A stretch of 64,000 bases of DNA from Camelus ferus. Taxonomy: Eukaryota. Made by a program: the position numbers and the translations under genes. The DNA lies in assembly GCF_009834535.1 (NCBI RefSeq), contig NC_045697.1:42224001-42288000 (forward strand), read 5' to 3'. Below, piece by piece: positions 53,497 to 64,000 of this stretch (its first letter is position 1; every line of letters starts with the position of its first letter). The notes beneath the pieces are model-generated. The model saw only the letters and a program-made list of their open reading frames with translations. It was not told the DNA's origin and did no database searches.

Positions 53497-53898
53497 ATGG
53501 ACTTGGAGATCATCATTCTAGGTGAAGTAAGCCAGAAAAAGAAAGAAGCATATCATATGATATCACTTATATGTGGAATCTAAAAAAAGACACAAATGAA
53601 CTTATTTATAAAACAGAAACAGACTCACAGACATAGAAAATAAACTTAACAGTTACCAGGGGGAAAGGAGGTGGACAGGGATAAAATGAGGGTTTGAGAT
53701 TTGCAGATACTAACAACTATGTATAAAATAGATGAACAACAAGTTTATACCATATAGCACAGGGAACTATATTCAATATCTTGTAGTAACTTACAATGAA
53801 AAGGAATATATATATGTAAATGTATGACTGAAACATGCTGTACACCAGAAATCAACACAACATTGTAAACTGACTATACTTCAATAAAAACAAAAAAT
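53497..53898 (+). mobile_element. 5'-truncated L1 3'UTR (camelid/artiodactyl-like)
   Basis: atggacttggagatcatcattctaggtgaagtaagccaga...tgtacaccagaaatcaacacaacattgtaaactgactatacttcaataaaa. Confidence 0.92.
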
Positions 53899-55527
53899 TT
53901 AATTGCATTAATATTTAAAAATTTTAGGTACATGCAAGAGTTTTTTATTTTATTTTTTACAATAGTAAAAGCCCCAAATAAAAAAAAAATGACTCTATTA
54001 AAGTGTATCACAAACTTGAAACTTAGCATTCTTATTTCATTAATTCTTCTAAAACACTAGAAAGAATACTGATAGCTGCAGCAGCCAGACAAATAACTTT
54101 TAATTTGTAATAAATGAGATAAACCTCTTCCAAGGAAACATAGCTTCAAAATCAAATCAATATCCCATTTTTGTTAAATTTTTTCCATTAAAAATGAAAT
54201 TAGTAGTGAGCTTCAGCCAGCATGACAATATTTCAACTTAATCTGCAAGTGTTACTTTCTGAAAGTAGAATGTCTGTCAGTAGAATGGACTGAGACCTGT
54301 CTATTAGGTTAGCCATCAAGTCAGGGATTGAAGAGATCCTTTATTTCTTCCAGAAGAAATTACATCTCTCTGTGGAGAATACAATTACCAACAAGTATCT
54401 AACAAAAATAATCAGATACATCTTGACTAGCCTTAGTCAAATTACCGAGAAGTTAAATATATAAAACCTAAATTTAGTGCTTAAACATATGCACACAACT
54501 GTACTTTTGCAGAAATGTGCTTCTATACTCAAGAGAAATAACAGCTCTGAAATGTGACCAAAACCATTATCTAAGTCACCCCAGTTGATGGCCAGGACTA
54601 CAGCAGCAAATCCGCAGTCACAGAACTATCAGTCTCTCCATGTGGCTGAATAAGCTTCAAACAGACCACATCCCAAGCTCGGCAAATCCATGACATTTAG
54701 ATTGGTGACTACTCAATGGTTGTGCAAAGTGCTTGATGATGATTATGCCAACTTTTAACCTACTTGGTATGAGCTATAGCTTGCATAAAATAATGTATGA
54801 TACTGTGTTTAAAACAACACATCTTTATGGTGAATCTGAATTTCTGAGTTTAGACAAAAAAGCTTGAGTTTTCTTTTCATTCTTGTTATTGATCTAATGT
54901 CAACCCCCTCGAGTTTTACCTTTATTTTCTGCCAATGTGTTGCCAAATATTGGACGGGTTAGGAAAATAATATTTTCAAACACTAAGCTTCATAGGGAAA
55001 AGGGTCTATAAAAATTCCAGGTAACAGTATTACTATCCATAATGTACAATAACAGAAGAGAAATAATATTTATTGAAATTAAAAGGAGCTTATCTAAATT
55101 TGATAGCACAAGATGGTTTTCAATGGATTGATACTTTTGAATGTTTCTGAGTATATTGTAGCAAATGCTCCAAAAAGAATACCAAAAATTAAAAGATGGT
55201 AATTTACTCTAACAAGTAATGATTTATTCTATATTACTTGGTTTTATAGGCAGTAAGCTTATGTTCAGCTTTTTACTCTTACGGATTCGGAAGGAAAAGA
55301 ACTGGTTGTCCTTCTCTCTCTTTACTCTTTGTCTCCACTTTCTAGTTTGAATAAGAACCTCTTCTGCTTAAGTGTTAGATATAAGCATTTGTATCTTATG
55401 ATATGCTATTGAAATGTTTTAATTCACTAACATATTCACTCAAAAAGCAATTTTTGTTATTGGGCACCTATTCTATCCCAAGAGTGCCATGTTATCTATA
55501 AGTGTGTTTCAAAACCTGCCATGTGAC

Positions 55528-55657
55528 CAGATTCAATACATAATTTGTGGGTACAGTGCAAATTGAAAAATGTGAGGTTCTCTGTACAAAATTTATTAAG
55601 AATTTTAACCAAAGGTAGGGCATCTATACAGATTGCATGTATATGAAGCCAGCACCA
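55528..55657 (-). mobile_element. Second MER45A-like element (internally shortened)
   Basis: tacataatttgtgggtacagtgcaaattgaaaa...atgaagccagc; TSD catgtgac / cgtgtgac. Confidence 0.75.
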
Positions 55658-56149
55658 CGTGTGACTTTAGCACTGAACCTTCTTGACTCTCTTCAGTGTG
55701 GGAAAAAAAAAAAAGACTAGTGTGCATTTAGAATACTTTAGGAACTATGAAATAATAGGATAAGGCAACCAAGCCTTTCACTGGCAGTACATTTTGCTTG
55801 CATTTTTTTTTTGCACACTTCTTTATTTATTGAATTCAGAAGTACAATTTTCCAGGAAGGGCTAGGAATGTATTGTCATCATGATGTTACCCAAGTATTT
55901 CATTTTTCTGCTTACAGAACTGAATACTTCAGAGATTAAGAAGCACAAGTTGTAGCCTCTGTAATATGGTTCTAGAGTTCATTCCACATAAGAATAACAC
56001 CTTTCTTTGCTATAAGTAAACAGCTAATGAAACAGGCTGCCTACAAGACCTGCAGTGTCAAGTGCAGACATACTGCCAGCTACAAGCACAGCAGGGGAAG
56101 GCCTTCATTTCTAGAGAACAAATCAGAGCCAGAATAGGACTAATATAAA

Positions 56150-56480
56150 CCACATTTGATTGGTTCAACCAACACTTAATTGAACACCTCCAACATATTA
56201 GGTACCTTCCAGGGACTGGGCTTTCAGCCGTGACCACAACAGACAAGGGTCTCTGTCCTCACATGGAGCTCACATTCTAATAATTAATAGCACAAAAGAT
56301 AATCAGAAAGTTGACACCCTCGTGTGAACGTGTAATCTTTCTTTGCAATTTATTTTAGAAGAATTTTCTCTTGATAGGCGAATATCTTTAGTTTCTATTT
56401 GTTCATTCACTTATTCACTCAACAGAAGTTTATCAAATAGTGTTTAAGATCCAAGCACAATGCTGGGATTTAGAGTTGAA
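56150..56480 (-). mobile_element. Two L2 3' fragments
   Basis: ttcaaccaacacttaattgaacacc...ggagctcacattcta; ttcattcacttattcactcaacag. Confidence 0.7.
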
Positions 56481-57099
56481 TCTATAAGTACAGAGCTGTA
56501 GCTGTAAATCATGTCTTATTAGAAAGAACATTAACTTTGACTGCACCTGGACTTACTGCACTATTCTCCACCATCTATGCCTTCAAAAGGCTTAATTGTC
56601 CTGCCCAGAGTGGTATAGAGGCAGCATCGCTACCACTATTGTCTCTTTTGCCCAAGACAAAAATTACACGTGAATTTGGGCTCTTTTTCCCACTGAACTT
56701 AAATGTGGCCTCAAAATTCTGCTAAGGTTAACTCTTCAGCTTTCCACAGTCAATCCTAAAATCGGGTAATGAGGGGAAGCCCATTTGCGATATTTGCCTG
56801 AGCGTGGACTTCAAAACCCACAGTTTTTCAAAACCCACATGGTAGGCATGTTTAAGAAGGATGGTAAAGCTCCTAACAAGCCGTATTGCTCAAGGTAAGC
56901 TAACTACTACAAAAAAACAGTCCTTAGCAGAGTGCCAGAGGGGGTCTAGAGCTCTATTCCATGCAGTTATTCAGGGGACTAGTTTTTTTTTCAGTCTAGT
57001 TCTCAACCATTCCTGGCAGACTTAAAATCATCTACTGAATCTTCCTTCTTGGGCCATTTGAATGGGGGAAGAAAAGTGTGAAGGGTGGTAAGAGAACCG

Positions 57100-57215
57100 T
57101 ATGCGTCAGCCTGTAAGTGGCGTATTTTGTTTTTGCCCTCCTTCCACTGGTCAGCACTCAGTCGTGTGGCCATGCTCCCCAGCTGCAAGGGAGGCTAGGA
57201 AGTGAGGTCTACCCA
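57100..57215. mobile_element. MLT1-type LTR fragment
   Basis: ccactggtcagcactcagtcgtgtggcc...agctgcaagggaggctaggaagtg. Confidence 0.55.
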
Positions 57216-57253
57216 TGTACCTAAGAGAGAAATAAAATGAGGTTTGGGGAATA

Positions 57254-57731
57254 CTGGCATATCTCAGAGATACTCGGTCCCAGGTCATCACAATAAAGCA
57301 AATACAGCAATAAAATGAGTCGTGACCTTTTTAATTTCCTAGTGCATATGAAAGTTATGTTTACACTATACTGTAGTCTATTAGGTGGCAACAGCACTAT
57401 GTCTAAAACAACAATGTACATACCTTAATTTAAAAATACTTTATTATTAAAAAGTTGCTAACCTTCATCTGAGCCTTTAGCAAGTTGTAGTAGTAACATC
57501 AAAGATCACTGACCACAGAGCACCATGACAAATATAATAATAATGAAAAAGTTTGAAATATTGCAAGAATTACCAAAAGGTGACACAGAGACATGAAGTG
57601 GGTAAATGCTATTGGAAAAATGACACTGATAGACTTGCTCAACACAGGGTTGCCACAAGTCTTCAATTTGTAAAAATTGCAGTATCTGTCATATGCAATA
57701 AAGCAAAGTGCAATAAAATGAGGGACACTTG
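57254..57731 (-). mobile_element. Tigger1 internal-deletion derivative (Tigger1a-like)
   Basis: Both Tigger1 ends (ctggcatatctcagagata...; gcaataaagcaaagtgcaataaaatgagggacacttg) flanked by TA on each side. Confidence 0.9.
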
Positions 57732-60700
57732 TATATAACATGTCTGTACCACAGCAGCCTCCTACAGGGTGAGATGGTGATGCATTTTGTAAATGTTAAT
57801 TTCATTTACTGTCAATAAATAATTCTCAGCTTATAGAACTGAGACACTTAATAATATGGTGTTAGTAGACAGTACCGTTAAATCTGTGTAAGATTGTTGA
57901 TTGTCATGAAAATACTATTAATGTTTGGACCAATAGTTACTATTAGAGGATTTTTGTTTGTAGTTTTACTATAGTTATGAAATTCACATACTTTTTAAAA
58001 AAAGTTTTCCTATAAGAACCCACTGAAGTCCTATATAAATGTAGGTCTAAGTTTTAAGGAAGCTGCATCCTTTTTAGATCAACTTGGGTCTCCAAATTCA
58101 ATTAGGACTGGGAACCTGGGACTAGTTAAGCTTGTCAACCAGTAACAGACTTCTTGAAAGTCCTGAAATAATATTTCCCAATTTTCTCAAAAATTGCAGA
58201 ATTTTTCAGAACCATTAAGATTGTACCCAATGACAGTGAATTTTAGGGTAAAATGATTCCCGTGGGTTTATTTCACAGGATTTTGGTGGAAATAAAGGGC
58301 CTACATCTAAAAAACGAAACAGCAATAAAAACCTTGCCGTTGGTATTTCATAATTAAGTAAGGTATTTTCAAGCTGGAAGGAATCCTAGAGATAATAACA
58401 TGTGTTGACACACACTCTGGAATCCACAGACCACATTTGTCCCCTATGACTCTTTGGTGTGGCTCAGAAACGAGACCTGGACAAGACCAAATTCTGCTTA
58501 CTGTTTTCCAGGCCTTTGAAATCAGCTGTTGATCAATGCTCTGCAGCTCTACTCCTTGGGTCTCATTATCAGGGAAGAATAAGTTAATAGAAATTACTGG
58601 GCAAGCAATGTAAGAAATGACCTGCTCAGTGTGGGATACAGGAGGAAAAAACAGCAGGTGGCAATGTGTGTGTCACAGGCTCTTTTCTGAATAAAACACA
58701 AAATACTTCTATGGCCATTGCCAAGAGACAAGTGGCTGGTGAAAATCATCTGTTCCAATACAAAGGGCCTGGGGAATAATGTTTTTAAGATTAAAAACAT
58801 CGCTGATGTTTTGAAGAATACAATATTGAGAATCCCTATGTGATAAACCATATTTTCAGTTAAGTTGTGTAGAAGGCTAGAAAGGAGGCAAAATACAACA
58901 ATTTCAGAAGCAAATTTTAATTTAGTTTCCACATTCCATCATGATAGTGCTTTACTGCATTTTCTGAAATTGAATTCAAAAAGGAAAGTCTTTATTCATA
59001 GAGAAAGAATAAAAGAAATCTTACATATAGTTGCGAACATTGTATCTTCTGATAAAATACATAATTTATAAAATCTCTATTTTATTTTCTTCAAAAGATA
59101 ATTGTTCCTGTATTAATATTCATGGAAAATAGCCAGCCCACAGCTGATCCAATACAATGCCCCTATCATAAGTGCAAGAAAATAGATATTTGGGGAGTTA
59201 AATATTTTCTCAAAGCCACAAAATGAACTTATGCAACTGAAATTAGTGTTGTCTCCAGAATGTGAATCCACAGTTCTTACTACTGAAATTAATAAGCTCA
59301 ACTGAGATATTTTTTAGTGTTATTTTGTGTCTACAGCCACAGGGGATGGCTACCAACTGTAATTTTCACATATTCTAATTTGTACATTATTTACATGAAA
59401 TTACATTTTTAGGTATGAATTATAAGCCCGCGTATACAAAATAAAATGAACACTAACTCATTAAATCTTCTTCAGTAGTGTTTTAAACATAATTGCCTAG
59501 GTACCTCGAAAATAAGGACTAGATAATTTTAACACAAGAAAAGTATGATGAATCAGGTATCTAACACTAAAGGATGAAATAGGTTACCCTCTTCTCAGAA
59601 TTCAGAGATATGATTCTATAAGGCTGAAACAATGAAGTTCAATATATATCGTTATAAGCTATAATCAAGATTAAAAGGGAAACATCAATATACCAGGTCC
59701 TAAAATTAGGGAAATATTAGTCTTATTAATCACCTCAGTAGCACAGAAATGAATTATTATATTAGTTCAGTACATGACACATTTTCAGAGGTAAAACTGT
59801 GCAAGGTGCAGGAATAAAACAGCATTTCTTCTAGCACAGTAGCAACTAATGAGAAATTAAAAGAACTGATAATTTATCTTGAGTAAACCTGCATGGCACT
59901 CAAATCCATTCCTTTTGTTTGTAAAACCGTGCTCCTTACCCTTGCAGGTAAATTCCTTGAGGTGCTCATGGTCTAGCTGGAGAGACAAACATATGTGAAA
60001 TGATAACTGATACTTTCTCCCTTTTCCAGTATTTCTGACTCTCCCCTCCATTTGTGCAATAATATGATTTTGTAGCATACAAGCTTAAAGGAAGATTGAT
60101 TACTACAGAAAATATTTTTAAGTTTCAAAAGTCTACCCTCTGAAGAGACTTGGGGCAAGGGGAAAAAAATCCAATGAATTAGAACTAAATTCCCTAGCCC
60201 AAGACAGAATAAAAGTTTCCCAGACTAGAAGGAGGAGCAATTAAGCCAACAGGAAGGGAGAAAGTTGTTATGAGGTGATACACTGGTAGAGCCTGCTGCA
60301 ATGAGAAAAATTAAGTCAGAGGCCACTCTGTCTTCAGCTGAGTTCCAACTTAAATCATCTTATTCTTTAATCTACCTGGTAGCCTCAAAGGCAGCTGCAT
60401 GCCCTTCTGATGGTTGTGAAAGTCACAGTTCTAGGGGATTACAACTCACATAGATACTGATCAGATTGGCACCCTCTGGGGTCGTGTCACCATATGCAGC
60501 AACTCTAGAAGCCTTATGGAGCCAAGACAGCCCTTGAAGACTGCCCAGTCCCTGTCCATGGTACAACCCCTGTGCTGAGAAGTCACGATATGTGTCCTTC
60601 CTGCTGGTATCTGGTGAGCTTCTCTGATGGATGTCAGCAGCACCTCACCCACTGACCATCAAGCAGCATGTCTGTGCCCTAAAACTCTACTTGGCCCACC

Positions 60701-60879
60701 ACCCGATCTACCCTCCACTCATTATTCCAGGACACATACAGTTAGAAAATTCTGTTATATAAAGAACCAAGCAGATGGAATGTTTGTGCTGGGGATGAAA
60801 GATCAAGGAAATTTTTAAGAAATGTAATCTGAGTTGAGTCTTCTACCTTGAGGAAGTTTTGCAGCTTGTCAACAGTTTA

Positions 60880-61140
60880 CAACAATGACAACCATGAACA
60901 CTTTTTATATCCTTTTATCTGACAAGCATTGTTCTAAATACTTCAGAAAAGACTAGTATGCGATAGTGTTACACCATTTAAAATGAGAATTCGAGTACTG
61001 ATTTAAAAGTGAAGTCTCTGGGATTAAGTTGCCTGGCTTTGTATCCTGGCATCCACTTCTTAATAGTTCTGAGAACCTGCACAAATTTCTTTTCTTCTTT
61101 GTGCCTTAGTTTTATCATCTGTAAAATGTAGTGGCATGAG
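60880..61140. mobile_element. MIR fragments
   Basis: tgtgccttagttttatcatctgtaaaatg core. Confidence 0.7.
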
Positions 61141-61149
61141 AGATATAAA

Positions 61150-63650
61150 AAAGGATACAAATCAAATCTCTAGTGATAAAAACACTGTATTTAAGGTCAA
61201 AAATACACTAGCATAGGATAAACAATGAATCGGACATTACAAAATAAAAGGCTAGTGAACTTGAAGACACAGCAATAGAAAACCATTAAAAATGAATCAG
61301 TGAGAAAAAAAGAAAAAACAAATTCACAGAGCATCCATGAGCTCTAAGACAGTGTATGAAGTATACGCATATAACTGTAACTAGAGTCTTTGAAGAAGGA
61401 TGAAGACAGAGAAAATATTTGAAAAACTAATCATTCAAAATATCCACATCTGATGAAATTAATAAGCCTCTAAATCCAATGAACTCTATTAACCTCAAAC
61501 ACAAGAAACAATGAAAACTATGAGAGAGGCACATTAAAATCAAATTGTTAAAATAGTGATAAAGACAAAAATCTTAAAGGCAATCAGAGAAAAAGGACAC
61601 AATATGTACATAAAAACATAGATAAAAATGACTACCAGTTAGATACAATGCAGTTAGAAGACAGTGGGATGACACATTTAAAGTATTGTCAAACTAGAAT
61701 CAAGTATCTTTAAAGCTGAAGGTGAAATAAAATGAATGTTCTTCCCTCAGTTCAGGAAAAGACAAGCATGACCCCTCTCAGCACTTCAACTGAAGTTTGT
61801 ATTAGAAGTTCTAGGCTGTGTAGGAAGGCAAGGAAATAAATAAAAGGCGTACAGATTTTTAAAAGAAAAGTTAACTACTGTTATTCGCAGATGATATAAT
61901 GACTATGTAGAAAATTCTATGAAATCTAAAAGAAAGCTACTAGTATGGCTGAAGAATACAAGAAATATACAAACATCAATTCTATTTCTACATACTAGCC
62001 AAGGGCAATCAGACAGTAAAAATTTTAATGCCATTTACAATAACATTAAAAACAAGGAATGCTTAGGGTTCATCTGTCAAAAGATGTAAAAGATTTGTAC
62101 ACTGACAACTAGAAAAAATTGCTGAGAGAAATGAAAGAAGACTTAGACAAATGGGGGAATTTACTATGTTCATGGAATGAAAGATTCAATATTGATAAGA
62201 TGTCAGTTCTCTCCAAACTGATTTATAGTTTCAATGTAATCCCAATCAAAATCATAGCATGTCTTTATATAGAAATTGATAAACTGATTCTAATGCTCAT
62301 GTGCAAATGAAAAGGACCTAAATTAGCTAAAACGATTTTGAAAAAAGAGAAAACCAAGCTGGAGGACTTAGATTTGAGGATTTCCATAATTGTTATAAAG
62401 CCACAGTAATCAAGACAGGGTATTATTGGTGCAAAACAATAAACCTTGCTCATTACTTCACCCTATGTATAAAAATTAGCACAAAAGATATTATAGAATC
62501 AAATGTAAACCCTAAAATTATAAAACTTCTAGAAGAAAACATAGGAGATAGTATTTGTGACCTTGAATCAGGCAGGGTTCTAAGATACCACAGGAGCAGC
62601 ACAATCCATACCTTTTCTAAACTGATAAATTGGACTTCATCAAAATTAAGAATGTCTGCTCTTCAAAAGACATTCTAAAGAAAATGAAAACACAACCCAA
62701 GAATGAGAAAATATTTGCCCAAAGTATTTGCTAATCACAAATCTAGAGACTTGTATCTAGAATTATCTAAAGACCTCTCAAAACCTAATCATAAAAAACC
62801 CTGAATTAATTAAAGTGATAGTTTGAACACACACTTCACCAAAGAAAAAGTAAAAATGGCAAACAAGTACGAGAAAGAATGTTCAACATCATATGTCATT
62901 AGAGGAATGCAAATTTAAAAGCACAATGAGATATTACCAGTATATGTCTACAAAAAGTATTAAAAATAAAACAGTGATCATACCGAAGATTAGCAAGATG
63001 TGGTGCAACCAGAACTCTTACGCACTGTTGATGGGAATGTATGGTACAGTCATTTTGAAAAACAATTTGGCAGTCTCATAAAAAAATTACATACACACCT
63101 GTCTTGTGATCATCCATCCTACTCCATGGTATTCACCCAAGAGAAATGAAAGAACAGCCATACTTGAACATGAATGTTCACAGCAGCTTTATTTGTAGGA
63201 GCTAAAAACTAGAACCAACCCAAATGGCCCTAAACAAGTGAATGGATAAACAAACTGTAGTGCATCTATACAACAGACCACTGCACAGCAAGGAAAAGAT
63301 GTGAACCACTGATCCATGCAACAACTTGGATGGATCTCGGAATAATTACGTTGAGTGCAAGATGTCAGGTGAAAAAGAATACACATTGTATGATCCCATT
63401 TATGCATAATTCTTTAAAATGGCAGCTCATGTACAGTGCCAGAAAACAGACCAGTGACTGGATACAGGCTGGGAAAGCCAGGAAGGAGGGATTACAAAGG
63501 AGAATTAGAAAACTCTTGGAGGTGACAGATATGTTCATTATCTTGATTGTGGTGATGGTTTCACTGTTTATGTCAAAACTTACCAAATTGTGCACTTTAA
63601 ATACAGGGAGTTTACTGCATGCTGATTACACCTCAATTAAGCTGTTTAAG
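61150..63650 (+). mobile_element. Old L1 (L1MC/MD-type): ORF1 pieces, ORF2 pieces, 3'UTR
   Basis: [42 protein letters not shown]; 3'UTR ends attacacctcaattaagctgttt. Confidence 0.9.
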
Positions 63651-64000
63651 ATGATAAGAATTTATAGTACCCCCAAGATGACTTAGAAAGGCACAGCAGA
63701 GACAAACCTCTACTTCCCAGGGAAACTAAACGCAAGAATGTTTCTCCATTCATGAGATAGAGGCCCTCAATCATTCCACATACATGACAGCTATGTAAAG
63801 AGACACAAATGTACAAAATTTTCTTTTTGAATCACTCAGCTGCCAGAAAGGTAATATAATGCTGAAACCCACAAATTTAGCCTCTATTAAGTACAAAGAT
63901 TTATTCTTTTTCTCATGTTAGCTCACTGAAAATTAATTAAACACATGCTAGTGGATCTGGCCTGTCATTCATTTTGCTGCTATTACGGGAGTTCTCAGGC

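Noticed and set aside
56750..56841. Plus-strand exon-like segment with GKPICDICLS and a 13-bp direct repeat
   Set aside because: A single CxxC with no supporting context.
1..64000. The many 60-140 aa ORFs in the six-frame track
   Set aside because: Many start at non-ATG codons or lie in repeats or antisense L1. None has a recognisable domain apart from L1 ORF2, and such ORFs are expected by chance.

Overview
AT-rich, CpG-depleted mammalian genomic DNA, probably camelid. The youngest L1 3' ends resemble camelid/artiodactyl L1 tails as I recall them, and I saw no Alu, B1, Bov-A/BovB, PRE1 or Can-SINE. Much of the window is decayed repeats: L1 (almost all on +), L2, L3/CR1, MIR, MaLR/ERVL LTRs, hAT and Tigger DNA transposons, and microsatellites. 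Family names come from memory of consensus sequences, not from a search. The only long ORF (35983-36978) is an L1 ORF2 reverse-transcriptase fragment. The main non-repeat signal is three short minus-strand segments (22406-22458, 10018-10051, 8937-9082) with canonical GT/AG sites and retained CpGs. They splice in frame into a 77-aa ATG-initiated peptide (MACYCLVLGDARPPSGVHPLILFELSTYKLAMRGMDLSGKLKLG...NPIVVQDPETLC) that I cannot assign to a known gene. Three weaker downstream exon candidates follow. I saw no CRISPR array, rRNA gene, tRNA gene or prokaryotic system.
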